From NCBI GenBank assembly GCA_047967505.1, contig CM106538.1: a DNA stretch of 64,000 nt, one strand, 5' to 3'. The DNA comes from Dipteris shenzhenensis. Its lineage: Eukaryota. How positions within the stretch are numbered: position 1 is the stretch's first letter; the number at the start of each line of letters is the position of its first letter. The translations under genes and the position numbers were made by a program. The notes below the pieces were generated by a model. It was not told the DNA's origin. It worked only from the letters and a program-made list of their open reading frames with translations, and did not search any database. This document shows positions 11,701-22,345 of this stretch, one piece after another.

Positions 11701-14002
11701 ATGCAGGAGATAGCCATTCGTGCAAAATTGGAGCAGCAGTTGCAGAATGAAATTGAGGAGCATTCAAAGAGTAAAAAAGAGTTGACAAGAGCAAGAAAGA
11801 AGAGAACCGTGCTTGGAGACAGACTACGTAGCAGGAAGATTAAAAACATTGCAAATTTGAAGGCTGGGACTGGTGGATGCAAGCGACGAATTCAGGAAGC
11901 AAGGTTAGATTGAAATTTATCATTTTGTATACTCAAAAAGGCTCTCTTCCAGACTATATCTATTTCGTCGATTGTCGCAAAATAAGAATGGAGGTGCTGA
12001 ATGATATAGTCATATTGTGTTGTTACTACAGGAAATTATTGGAGCCTACAAAAGAAAATATGGACCCGAACCTTCTTCCTGTTAAACAAATGAAAGGATT
12101 GCTTTCTTGCGGTGTAGCAAAAGGTTTGATTGAGGAAAAAAAATACAAAACAGTCAAACGCAATGTTGTAGAGGACTTTGTATCCAATAATCAAGTTGAT
12201 GGCACTATAATCCAAGAGGCTCTTGATGTTAGTGGAGTTAGCAAGAAGGGATATAGTTTGATTTTCCATGCGATATCCTCAACTTTGAAAGATCAAAGGA
12301 TTAAACGAGTTTTATTGCCAAATCCAGCAACCGTGTGGAGGATAAGAGGTCATTTGAATGAAAGTATAGATGAATTTATTGGGCAATATATCCATATTGA
12401 AGAAATATTTCATGGTGTTAAAGGAACCACTGTGTATGATCCTTGGAACAATATATTTTTAGATCTGCAACAACTTCAAAAAAGAATGGTCGAGTTTTAT
12501 GGAATAACATTTGAGGAGTGCAAAGGCATTTTGAAATTTGTTATCAAACTGGATGAGTGTGAGGTTGTAAAGGAAAAGAAAATGGAAAGAGTTACTATTA
12601 CATTGATGAATGGAGCAATTGATACATCATTGACTGAAGCGAGTTCGAAGTATTTTAGTGTGCAGTCAGAGAAACACATATGGTGGTTAGGCTCGTTCCA
12701 GGTATGATCATTTTTTGTTTTATACTTGATTTTGGTCATTGTTTTCAAATTTGTTATAGTAATACTTTTGTTTTCTATAATCTGGCAGGTGAAGACCGAA
12801 GACCATGAAACACTAGATTGGGTGTTTCACCACACGGAAATACCAAGAATAATCAAAAGACAAGTGCAAGGCGAGAATCTCCATGTTGCAGGAAAAGGTG
12901 ATTTTCAAGTAGAGTGGCACATGGCCGGGGATCTTAAAACACTTAAGTGCATGTATAACATTAGTAAAGGAGGCAACTCAAAGTCTCCTTGTCTTTACTG
13001 CAAAGAATCAGCTCAAGTAATGGATTCAAAATGGTGGAAGAGAGCACCTAATAGAGATAAAGTTGACCCTGACTTCAAGGCCATTCTGGACATTCCACTA
13101 TGTAATGTTCACATCTGCACATTGCATGGTCTATGTCGAATTATTGAGAAATTGGTATTTTTATATATTGGATTTGCTTGGAAACTCCATCCCGAAAAAA
13201 ATAGAAAGGATGCTCTTCAAGCATTGGAAAGAGTGTTATCCGATATAGATCTGCATGGAGGAGATGTTCAAATCACAAAGGATTTTAAAAAGTCTACCAA
13301 TGGCAAGGAGGTACCAATCAAGCCCTCTATTGGTGGTGTTAAGGCAAGAAGATTCTTGTCTCAACCCAAACATAGTAAGCAAGTAAGGCAAGGTAGAACA
13401 GTTTCAAAGATTAATTATGGATTGTGGAAGCAAGTCCATAATGCTGTGAAAGATCATGAGGCAGATGGGGAAGCACGAAATAGGAAGGCAGAGGTGTGGA
13501 GGTCTCTTGATCAACTCTTCATGTTCTGTGACAAAGTAACATGGACAAAGAGTGATTACAAGAACTTTGAGGAGGCAATTAAACATTTTGGAAAGTCAAT
13601 GAAAGACGCGTGGACAGCCTGCAATATAACTCACTACATGGTAAGGTTATGTCTTTTACTTTTACTTAAGTGTGATCCTCTTTTTTTTTATTACTTACTA
13701 TGCATTCTTATGTCTTACAGCATATCATATACAACCACCTTCCCTATTTTGTCAAAAATTATGGATGCCCAGCTATTTGGTCTACCCAAGGCATGGAGAA
13801 GTCTCACTACATGGCACGTAATGCATTTTTTAGACACACACAACACTATGGAGGGAGTCAGAAGGCAAATAGTCTGAAGGAAGTCTTCCAATGGTTTTAC
13901 CGAGGCATACTACAGAGGCTGCATGCTAAAAGAAAAGTTGCTAGCTCCAAAATCAAGCTTGCTTTTCTTCTAGCCCAAAAGCAAGACGAAGACAAGCTCT
14001 AG
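11701..14002 (+). CDS. DDE transposase, RAG1-core/Transib/Chapaev-like; core frame open, termini probably damaged
   Basis: Exons 11701-11903, 12032-12701, 12789-13640 and 13721-14002 join in frame (668 aa) at GT-AG sites. Motifs: SGVSKKGYSLI...LLP, FVIKLDE (D at 12552), WHMAGDLK (D at 12930), CLYC, CTLH, THYMHIIYNHLPYFVKNYGCPAIWSTQGMEKSH (E at 13796). An in-frame TAA at 11683-11685 cuts off a probable longer N-terminus. A likely 1-bp deletion near 13980 shifts the original C-terminus (stop ~14088). Confidence 0.8.
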
Positions 14003-14412
14003 ACAATTCAATTGCAGCAGAGAGACATAGACAATGGAGGGAATCAAAGATATTTAGAAACCATAAATGGACAAGTAAACATGAATAGGACTCATTTGTA
14101 ACTTATTGGTGTTATGTCCACATGTTTTCAAACTCATTCAATAGAAATTTTTTTAGTGGAACAAGTGACTCTTGGTGTTATGCATGAAAAGTATTTCTTT
14201 TGTGAAACATATGATCTAAACTTAATATAATTTGTTTACAATTTCAATATATTGTTCATTTAATATTTAACGACACCACTCTATGTAAATGTACAAATCA
14301 TTTCATCATCAACTTATTAATCATTTATACAAGATCATACCAGATATCAAAGACTTTATACAAATCAGTTCAAATTTAATATAATGTTTGTGCTATATTC
14401 GATGACTAAATC

Positions 14413-16320
14413 CTAATTCTCCCAGGGCCTGCCGATCGGAACTCTCTTTTTGATCTTGATTGGAGTCTTTTTCTTCTTTATTGGCTTGATGTCGACTGTC
14501 TCTTTATCCTTTTCTTCAGCTCTCTCCACCTGTTCCTCTTCTTGGACTGTGTGGCCTGATGCAATCATGGGTGGCTCTCGAAACCTTACGAGCTGGTGTT
14601 TTCCATAGCCCTCCAGATATTTGGGCTCCTTAACACCACATGCTAATGCATAAGAAGTGTAAGACAAAAAGTAAGCGGCCCTAGAGGCCTGCTTATTCAC
14701 ATAATCTCCAAATATATCTATGGCAGACAACCTCTCTATCAAAATGATCTTTTCCTTTTGCCATGAAAGAACATGTCCACCTAAAGCCCTGGACAAACAT
14801 TTTAAGAAGTAAACAATGGCTTCTCCATTGTTGCTCAACTGCCTATGGTAAATCAAGATCTTGGCACTGCCTAGATCATGAATATAATAAGCTAGGCCTG
14901 ACATTTTGCGAAACCCAACCTGCCTGCTTCCACTTGATCTCTAGAGGAATGTGTCATCCTCAATTTGTAGCTGCCACATATCAAAGGATTGGAGTGAGAC
15001 AATACACAACCTACAAAAACAAAGTTAAGCAGAAGTCAAAGTATTTGATTTGAAGTACCTTCTCATTTTCATTAGCAACAAGTAGTTCATCTTTCCAAAG
15101 ATTTATCCCTCTCCCCTCTTGTCCAGCCTCTTCTTTAGGCTTTTCTGTGTATAGTGTTAAGAGATTCATAGCTTCCTGTGTGAGCTGGAAGGCAGCTTCA
15201 TCTGGCTCTTGGAACTTTTCAGCCTCTTTGAAACAAAATGAAAGGGCCTCTACAGGATCAAACATTGTTTCCAAAGCCAGTAGTGAATGGTCATCCTCTA
15301 TGCCAACCTCCTTGTCAAGCCTTGAAGCCTGGGCAATAAGGGAAATGGCATAGTCCTCCCTCAAATTGAGCATACACTCTATATCATGGAGGAAAACATA
15401 ATCCTTTCCACCAATCAACACACCTGGAAGCATGGGCACTGCATAGTTGCTGCTCTGAACATCAAAATCTTCAACTGGCTCTGCTCCCCTCAGTTTTTGT
15501 CCTCAGTTGAACAAGGTCAAGAGCAGCCACTTGCAGCCCCTCATCCTGAAGGTTGATATCTTCTTCTTGCTCTGCCATTTCTGTGACCCTTTTCCTCCTT
15601 TTCCTCTGCTTCAGATGTCCTCCTTTTCCTCTGCTTCAGATGTGTCTTCTTCTTCTATTTCCTGCCCTTGTTCATCCAAAGACTCCTGACTGAAGACAAT
15701 GTATATAAGAAATGCCATGCTCTCCTCTAGCACTCTGCACTTTCTGGTGTGCAAAGTACAGTTGAATTTATAGTGATTAGGCAGGCTGTCAAATCTTCTG
15801 TTCACATGGTACCTCAGCCTGTCATTGGAGACAATATGATTTATATGCACAAAAACCTTTTCTCCTTCCACAATTCTTCCTGCCTCTGTCAGGGTCGTGG
15901 CAGGGATGAAAGATTGGGAGACAGGGGAGGGAAAAGTGGTTGTAGTATTGATTATGAAATCATGAATGGCACAAGATCCAAGGCATAAAGTGTACTTTCA
16001 CACGTGCCAGAATTCAAACTCCAAGAGATCTGGGTCCCATCCACACGTGTGAAAAACCACTACATTCCACACGTGTGGGATTTAGAGATGCTTTATTCTA
16101 TTTGCACTTATTTGTGGTATCCTATTTTAGACCTCTTGCCCTCCAGTCTCTACTCTCTTGCCTCCCTACCTCCATACTCTGCAACATCAGCATCCTGTCC
16201 AGCAGCACAGGTTCATCCTCAGCACAGGTTACTCATCAGCAGCACAGCACATCCACAGATAGATTCCAGGTCAGTAACAATGGGTTCTCCGCTTAGTCTC
16301 TGCAATCTTCTTGCCTACAA
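14413..16320 (-). pseudogene. Unknown cargo gene convergent with the transposase; acidic middle and Lys-rich C-terminus; disrupted
   Basis: Consecutive minus-strand coding-like frames at 15611-15871, 15011-15439 and 14413-14904, separated by stops and frameshifts. Glu-rich stretch and KKKK-rich, NLS-like end. 5' boundary uncertain. Confidence 0.55.
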
Positions 16321-16534
16321 TAGAAAAAATCCATCCTGCATGGAAATGCATAGACTCAAGTCAAGACAGAGAAATCACTGTAGGAATGCAGATCTTCAAG
16401 TGTGATATTTGCATGTGAGGGTAAAACTGTACTTATGGGTTCTCCCTTCAGTCTGTGCACACTTCTTGCCTTCCATAGACTCAATCCATCCTGTATGGTT
16501 ATGCAAACACCTTCAAATGACTGAAGGCATATTC

Positions 16535-16875
16535 CAGCATGCTGCCTCATGAATTTGCAGCAAAATGCGAGGAGAAGGCCTTAGGAATTTCAAACAGCTG
16601 AAATCGCGTTTTGTTGCAAATATTGAAATATTGCTTCATCAACCCCTGTCATTCTGGTTTTGTGACTTCCATAGCTGTAATCTTCTTGCATAAACTCCAT
16701 TCATACTGTATTTAGTTGGAGAGACATAGAAATCACTGTAGGAGTGCACCAGCATGTCATTTCAAAATTTGCAGCAAAATGCGATGTGGACCTGTTTGAA
16801 ATTCCAAACTGCTCATATCGTATTTTATTGCAAATTTCTCTATATGGCTTCATCCACCCCTGTGATTGCCTTTTC
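16535..16875. promoter_or_regulatory. Putative divergent promoter region containing a ~120-bp degenerate direct repeat
   Basis: CCAGCATG...AATTTGCAGCAAAATGCGA...TTCATC(A/C)ACCCCTGT occurs at ~16535-16655 and ~16748-16870, between divergently oriented cargo genes. Confidence 0.4.
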
Positions 16876-16942
16876 TTTGTTAGAACATGTTCTCCATGTC
16901 TGTGATCTCTTTCCAATCCTTTGTATGCAGTTTTTCAGAGTG

Positions 16943-19008
16943 ATGGCAAGAACCAAGTCAACTGCAAGGAAAGTTGGCAAAGGGCCAGGGCTTGCAGCAA
17001 TAGCAGCTGGGGCAGGTACCAAGAAATTTAGTGTGCCTCCAAAGGGAAGAGTTGCACATGGCAGGAAGGGTAAGCCAATGAGCTTGCTCAAGCAAAAGGC
17101 CAAAAGATTGAATCATGGTGCAGGTGTGCTAAGGGAGATCAGGAGGCAATAGAAAGCTATAGGCTTTGCAATACCCAAAGCACCCTTTCAAAGACTGGTA
17201 AGAGAAATTTGTGGCAGTTGGAACCTTGGGTTCAGGTGGAATAGAACTGCCATTCTTTCCTTACAGGAAATGGCAGAGGATTACTTGGAGAAATATTTTG
17301 AAGATGCAATGCTTGTAGCAGCCCATGCTCACAGGGTGACTTTGATGGCCAAAGACTTCAACACTTTGTCCAGAGTGAGATGGAGGTATGACAAGCTTGT
17401 TCATCCTGTGGAATGGCAGGACATCAAAATGAGAGACATATTGCTAATTCCACCTACAAGGAAGTTAAAGGTTGATGAGGTAAAGGTTGTTGAGGTAACA
17501 CACTCAAAGAACACCAGAGGGAAGGCTGCTTATAAGGACTCATTGAAGCAGCAAATAAAAGAAACAAAATCTGTTATAGATGTGGAGACTGAAAAGAAGG
17601 AGCTACAGATACATAGAAGGTTGAAGGAGCTGGGCCCTGATGTAGTTGTTCATATTGAGGATGAAGTTTCAGTGAATGATTTTGACTTGACAAAACAATG
17701 CTTAGCAGCATTGGCTCATAAGAATGAGTATTGCTCAGATACTATCATTCTTGCAATGCTCTAGTAAGTGTCTATAAATTTTACATTTTTTGCAAATCAA
17801 TCCTCCTTGTACCTCCTTTATAACCTACCCTAATTACTTTCTGATCCTATGCAGCATGATGAGAAGCTGGCTTCACCCCTCTGTACAGCATACAGTCCAT
17901 ATTGTTGATCCAGCCATTTCTTCTAAATTAAGAGATGCAAAGGAGACTCCCATGAGTATTTCCAGCTGGTTCAAACACTACAATTTTGAAGTAATTGATG
18001 TTTTGCTACTTCCATACCATAGCAGGTATATGGGTGACTACTTCTTTTAAGATTCTTCTTTAAGATTGGGAACTCTTGTAGCCTTTGATTTTCTTATGCT
18101 TTTTTCCTTATGCAGTGACCACTGGAGTTTTGTTTCTATTGACATCCAGCAGAAGCAATGCTTTCTATTCAACTCTCTAAAAAACACACATAGAGAGCTG
18201 AAATTGTAAGTGCTGTGTGTGCTTTTTGAACTTAAAACTTCATTATTTTGATATCATACTAACTAAATTATACATATTGCAGTTGTATTTTGCAGTTGTA
18301 TTAGAAGGCTTTTAGATGCATTGGATCACTGTCCTCCAAATGTCTCTCTTTTGGATTCAATAGAGCCAATAAGTCTAGAGGTAAAAAGTCTATTAAATGC
18401 TATGTCTTTGAACTTATTGAATAATTTTATTTTGTGCTGATGCTAACAGTTTCTAACATATCTTTCTAACTGTACAGACACCACAACAAAATGATTCAAG
18501 TAGCTGTGGATGGAGAGTGCTGATCAATGCAAAATATATACTTTCAAGCTACTTTGAGAAGGAACAGCCAGACCTGGTAAGGAAAAATACTTTTCATTTA
18601 GCTTGAAGATAATTCATAATGATACAAAGTGTTCTAAATTATCCTCTGCCATTGCAGATGAAAGAGGATAGCTTCAGCTCCAACTATGTACATAATTTTA
18701 GAGCTCATACAATTTGGAGGTTTTTGAGCTATGCCTCCCCCAAACCTATTGTACCAGCTACTATGGAGCTGGGTGAAAGCTCTAAAGTACAAGAAGGTGT
18801 CATACACCTTGATCCCACAAATGAAGCACCTAATGCTGAGGACCAGAAGCCACAGGAGCAATCACATAGTGCTGAGGAGGAGCAAACACAGGAGCAAAGA
18901 CCTGCTGCTGATGTTGAGGAGAAGGTGGAGAAGCAGCAAAGAGAGGCTCCTGGGGCAGTGGAGGAGACAGGATGGAGCAGCAGAGAAAAGATCCTCCAGA
19001 AAATGTAG
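16943..19008 (+). pseudogene. Histone H3-like protein fused to a Ulp1/C48 (SUMO) peptidase domain; one premature stop
   Basis: Exons 16943-17763, 17855-18025, 18116-18205, 18296-18380, 18478-18576 and 18658-19008 join in frame (~538 aa). N-terminus MARTKSTARK; histone fold VLREIRRQ*KAIGFAIPKAPFQRLVREI...FEDAMLVAAHAHRVTLMAKD; C48 motifs LLLPYHSSDHWSFVSID...FNSL and PQQNDSSSCG. Single TAG at 17150-17152. Confidence 0.85.
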
Positions 19009-19124
19009 AGCAGCCTCTGGATCAAGCTGTACATAAATAGAAAATGGATGTCAGAAATATGTTCTACATATTTAGCTAAACAGTTCTGTACAAAATCTTA
19101 CTTGATTGAATACGAAACCTTTGT

Positions 19125-20564
19125 TTATGGAGTCTGTGTTATCTCAATTTTTAAATTTTCGATGTCTTTGCATTTTATTGAGCTCTCTCTTCTTTTGAGT
19201 AACTGCAAAAAAGCAATATGAATCAGAGTGGTAAATTAAACTAATAGCAATGCTTAATGAGACTAGGATAAATCAGATGGTGTACCTTTCTGTTGTTGTA
19301 GATAAATAAAAAGTCGTTTGAGATAGAACCTTCAGTCTCAAATAGAATGTCACTGCGCAATTGAGCTAGGGAGCAACATTCTCTAAGTGAGATATTGACT
19401 AGCACATCACCATTCTCAACAACATCAATATCAATAAGTTTATTTTCTGCACCAAAAGACTCTTCATCTTGATCCATTGGGACAAGCTTTGTGCCTAGCA
19501 TTCGACTGCGCTTGTAATAAAAAGAGAAAATAAAATTTTGTGATGCAACCATGTACTTCAGTTGCATAGAAGGTTGGACCACCTCACAAAACACTGAACT
19601 ACATGTCTTCTTATCCCAACCTTTATCCAAAAATTGTGGCATGCATGCCGAATTTGTTGCTTTAACTGTGAACATTGTTTTTGAAACCTTCACTGGAAAG
19701 GTATTAAACAAGTCCACAAAAACTGTGAGAGGCATGCACAAAGAAATTTTTACTATCCTAGTGGCAATATTGAGCCTCAGAGCTTTCTGTACTTCTGTAA
19801 AAAGCTTCGCCCTATATGCCTCTGTAACACTAGAATGTGGGTGAGGCCAATCCACTGAATTCCACGCCGGAAGGTCTTGTTTTATTAATACACCATGTGT
19901 GTTAGCTTTGTCCAGCAACTGATAAAAATGATCAATAAAAAATATACCCGATTGAGCTAGCTCTGTTGCACATCAACCTTGGTATTGTTGTTCTCCTATC
20001 GATCCATGCAGAACATCTATAAATCCCAGAATACAATCGATGTTTTGCCATGTCTCATACGATGAAGGATATAAATCTGAAATAAAACAACACAAGAATG
20101 TCAATAAGCTAAGAGAGAAAGCTTCATCTTAAAAATCCATACACCTCATGAAGAAAAAAACCACAATAGAAAAATATACAATTAGGCCTGTGTTGCGGAA
20201 GATTTTTTGGATAGTCTCGCAAGACAAGTTCTTTATGCATGTACACGTGCTGAATCAAAACTTCTTTCACGGATATCTTCCCTTTGGTGATTTTAAAATC
20301 TCGTACTCTTCCCTTCCATGACGCCAAGAAAATGTTTTTTGTCTGGGGTCTTTTTCTTTTGCTAGGTTGCATGAGCACCCATGCTCCTTTCGAAACACTA
20401 AACCTTTCCCAAGTTCCTTCCGTTTTGACTGTACTTGAATTCTCTATCGACGAAATAGAAGCAGCAGGTCGACGGGGTAAGGATGTTTGGTATAATTCTG
20501 CCTTCGTAGCATTATCATCCACAGAGCGTCTTCCACAAGAATGGCCGTGGTTTTGGTTCACCAT
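19125..20564 (-). pseudogene. BAH-domain-like protein with C-terminal ubiquitin-like region; one premature stop
   Basis: Exons 20180-20564, 19286-20076 and 19125-19202 join in frame (~417 aa), possibly with an extra upstream exon at ~20676-20860. BAH-like pattern VSKGAWVLMQPS..WKGRVRDF..VLIQHVYMHKEL..HRPNYLYPSSYETWQNIDCILGFIDV..FFIDHFY. TGA at 19973-19975. Confidence 0.65.
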
Positions 20565-21023
20565 GGAGATTTTCTGAATCTGTAACAATAGCAAAGTAAT
20601 GTAACTAAGATAACAATTTGAAGTTTCAAGAAAGAGAAAGTGGGCAGACAGACAGTTGACGAGAAACATTTTACTCTACGCCAAACAGGATCAAGGGAGC
20701 AGTTTTGGAAAAGAAAGGCTGTTGCACAATGAGGCAATGGTGTAGAATGGTAGACCTTTCGCACGAAAGGCGGCACAACATTTGAAAGTTCAAACGAAGG
20801 TGGAAGCGGGAAGGATCTTGTCAGATAAAATGTCAGTTTAGATTCTATCTTCTTGTCCAAAGATCTTCTGAGAATAAAAAACCAATCTCCACATTAATGT
20901 AGCACGCTTGTACTTACATAAAGTATTGTTTCTTTTTTCTATTTTCTCTTATTTTCGTGAATTTTCAACGTTACGTTGGCCCTCTATTGATTGGTTGAGA
21001 GCTTATTTTTCCAAACCGTAAAA

Positions 21024-21056
21024 GGCCCCAAAATAGAGCTCCATTTTCTCCTAATG
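21024..21056 (-). repeat. Right terminal inverted repeat
   Basis: GGCCCCAAAATAGAGCTCCATTTTCTCCTAATG, inverted relative to 10953-10984. Confidence 0.8.
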
Positions 21057-21059
21057 AAT

Positions 21060-21061
<2 letters not shown>

Positions 21062-21126
<65 letters not shown>
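21062..21126. repeat. (TA)n(GA)n compound microsatellite
   Basis: Read directly from the sequence. Confidence 0.95.
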
Positions 21127-21129
<3 letters not shown>

Positions 21130-21134
21130 GGGGG

Positions 21135-21632
21135 GAGGTCAAGACGACACCGAAGAAGCGACATCACAAAGACGGAGTTCAAGGCACAGGCTCAAGTTGG
21201 GCATGGGAGGAGGATTTAGAAGAGGAACATCGCAGAGAAGAGCGGTGCAAGAAGTTCAAAGTGGACAAGAGGCCATCGAGCCATGTTCGAGTGTGCCTGT
21301 ACGGCCTCCACCAAGAGTCAGGAAGCCATACAGAGTGAAACCAAGAGCAAGAGCCCTAAGAGAGATCAAACAACTATAGAAGAGCACCGAGAACCTGATC
21401 CTGCATGCTCCTTTCCAATACGTTGTACGAGAGGTAGCACAGGGGTACAAGGATGATGTGTGCTTCAGCATGAGAGATATGGGGATGCTTTGAGAGGCTA
21501 TGGAGCAAGTTACCATCACCTTCTTTGAGGACACCAACTTGTATGCCATCCACACAAAACGTGTCACCGTCATGGACAAAGATATGGCTCTGGCAGAGCA
21601 GTTAGAGATGGATCCCACTCTTAGGCCATAGA
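21135..21632 (+). pseudogene. Divergent histone H3-like pseudogene (intronless)
   Basis: RKPYRVKPRARALREIKQL*KSTENLILHAPFQYVVREVAQGYKDDVCF...ML*EAMEQ...FFEDTNLYAIHTKRVTVMDKDMALAEQL. Two stops, long divergent N-tail, no clear ATG. Confidence 0.85.
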
Positions 21633-21914
21633 ATATCATGGAGCCCACCCTTAGGACTTAACCATCCCCTTGTCCTTGAAGGCACAACGTTTTATCTAAT
21701 GCCCATAGGGCAAACACTTTTAATAAAATATATTTTGATTTTGTACATTATCATATTGTTAACTTCTCCATGTTTATGATGCATTGTGCTTTTCATTTTC
21801 AATGTTTAAAAAGTAAATAATGTATTCTGTCAAATTTAGGTGGAATATCACCGTGCCGCAAAAGACAAAAGTGTCTGGGTTGTCGCAAGGAGCCCAGACA
21901 GCCCAAAACCCACT

Positions 21915-22345
21915 GCAGTGCATGATGGAAATTTTAATCTACAAGTGTGGGTGTCAAGAGCCTCTTTTAACGTAGGATTGGGAAATAGTGGAATGTTTGA
22001 TATTATTGACGACGGACTAGTGGCCATTACTCCTTTCATAGTAAGTCCTCGGGAGATTGAGGTGCAGCCAACTACGTCAATTAAGAGGAAAAATAAGCGA
22101 CTCTCAACATCGATAGAGGTTTTGTGGAAGTGAGTAATTTCTAACCAAAGAGGAGAAGGGAGGATTTGGAATACAAGAAGGGGAGAAAAAGGAGAAATCA
22201 AAAGAGATCCATGCTATTAAAGATTTCTTGGTCTTGCATGCGGTGCATGATGGAAATTTTAATCTACAAGTGTGGGTGTCAAGAGCCTATTTTGATGTAG
22301 GACTAGGAAGTAGCGGAATGTTTGATATTACTAACGATGGACTGT
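21915..22345. repeat. ~105-bp direct duplication
   Basis: GTGCATGATGGAAATTTTAATCTACAAGTGTGGGTGTCAAGAGCCT... at ~21918 and ~22243. Confidence 0.85.

Larger units (their letters stand above)
10953..21056. mobile_element. ~10.1-kb TIR DNA transposon with RAG1/Transib/Chapaev-like transposase and three cargo genes
   Basis: Imperfect TIRs: left CATTAGGGAAAAAGGGAACTC-ATTTTGGGGCC (10953-10984); right, read as reverse complement, CATTAGGAGAAAATGGAGCTCTATTTTGGGGCC (21024-21056). Removing the element restores GGGGGACCA|AATA, which resembles other units of the flanking repeat array. No clean TSD. Confidence 0.8.

Noticed and set aside
14413-16320. RAG2-like identity for the gene convergent with the RAG1-like transposase
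   Set aside because: No kelch GG repeats or PHD Cys/His pattern recognisable; only the orientation resembles ProtoRAG.
21135-21632. Functional host CENH3 or H3 gene
   Set aside because: Two in-frame stops, no clear start codon, and no introns, unlike typical plant CENH3 genes.
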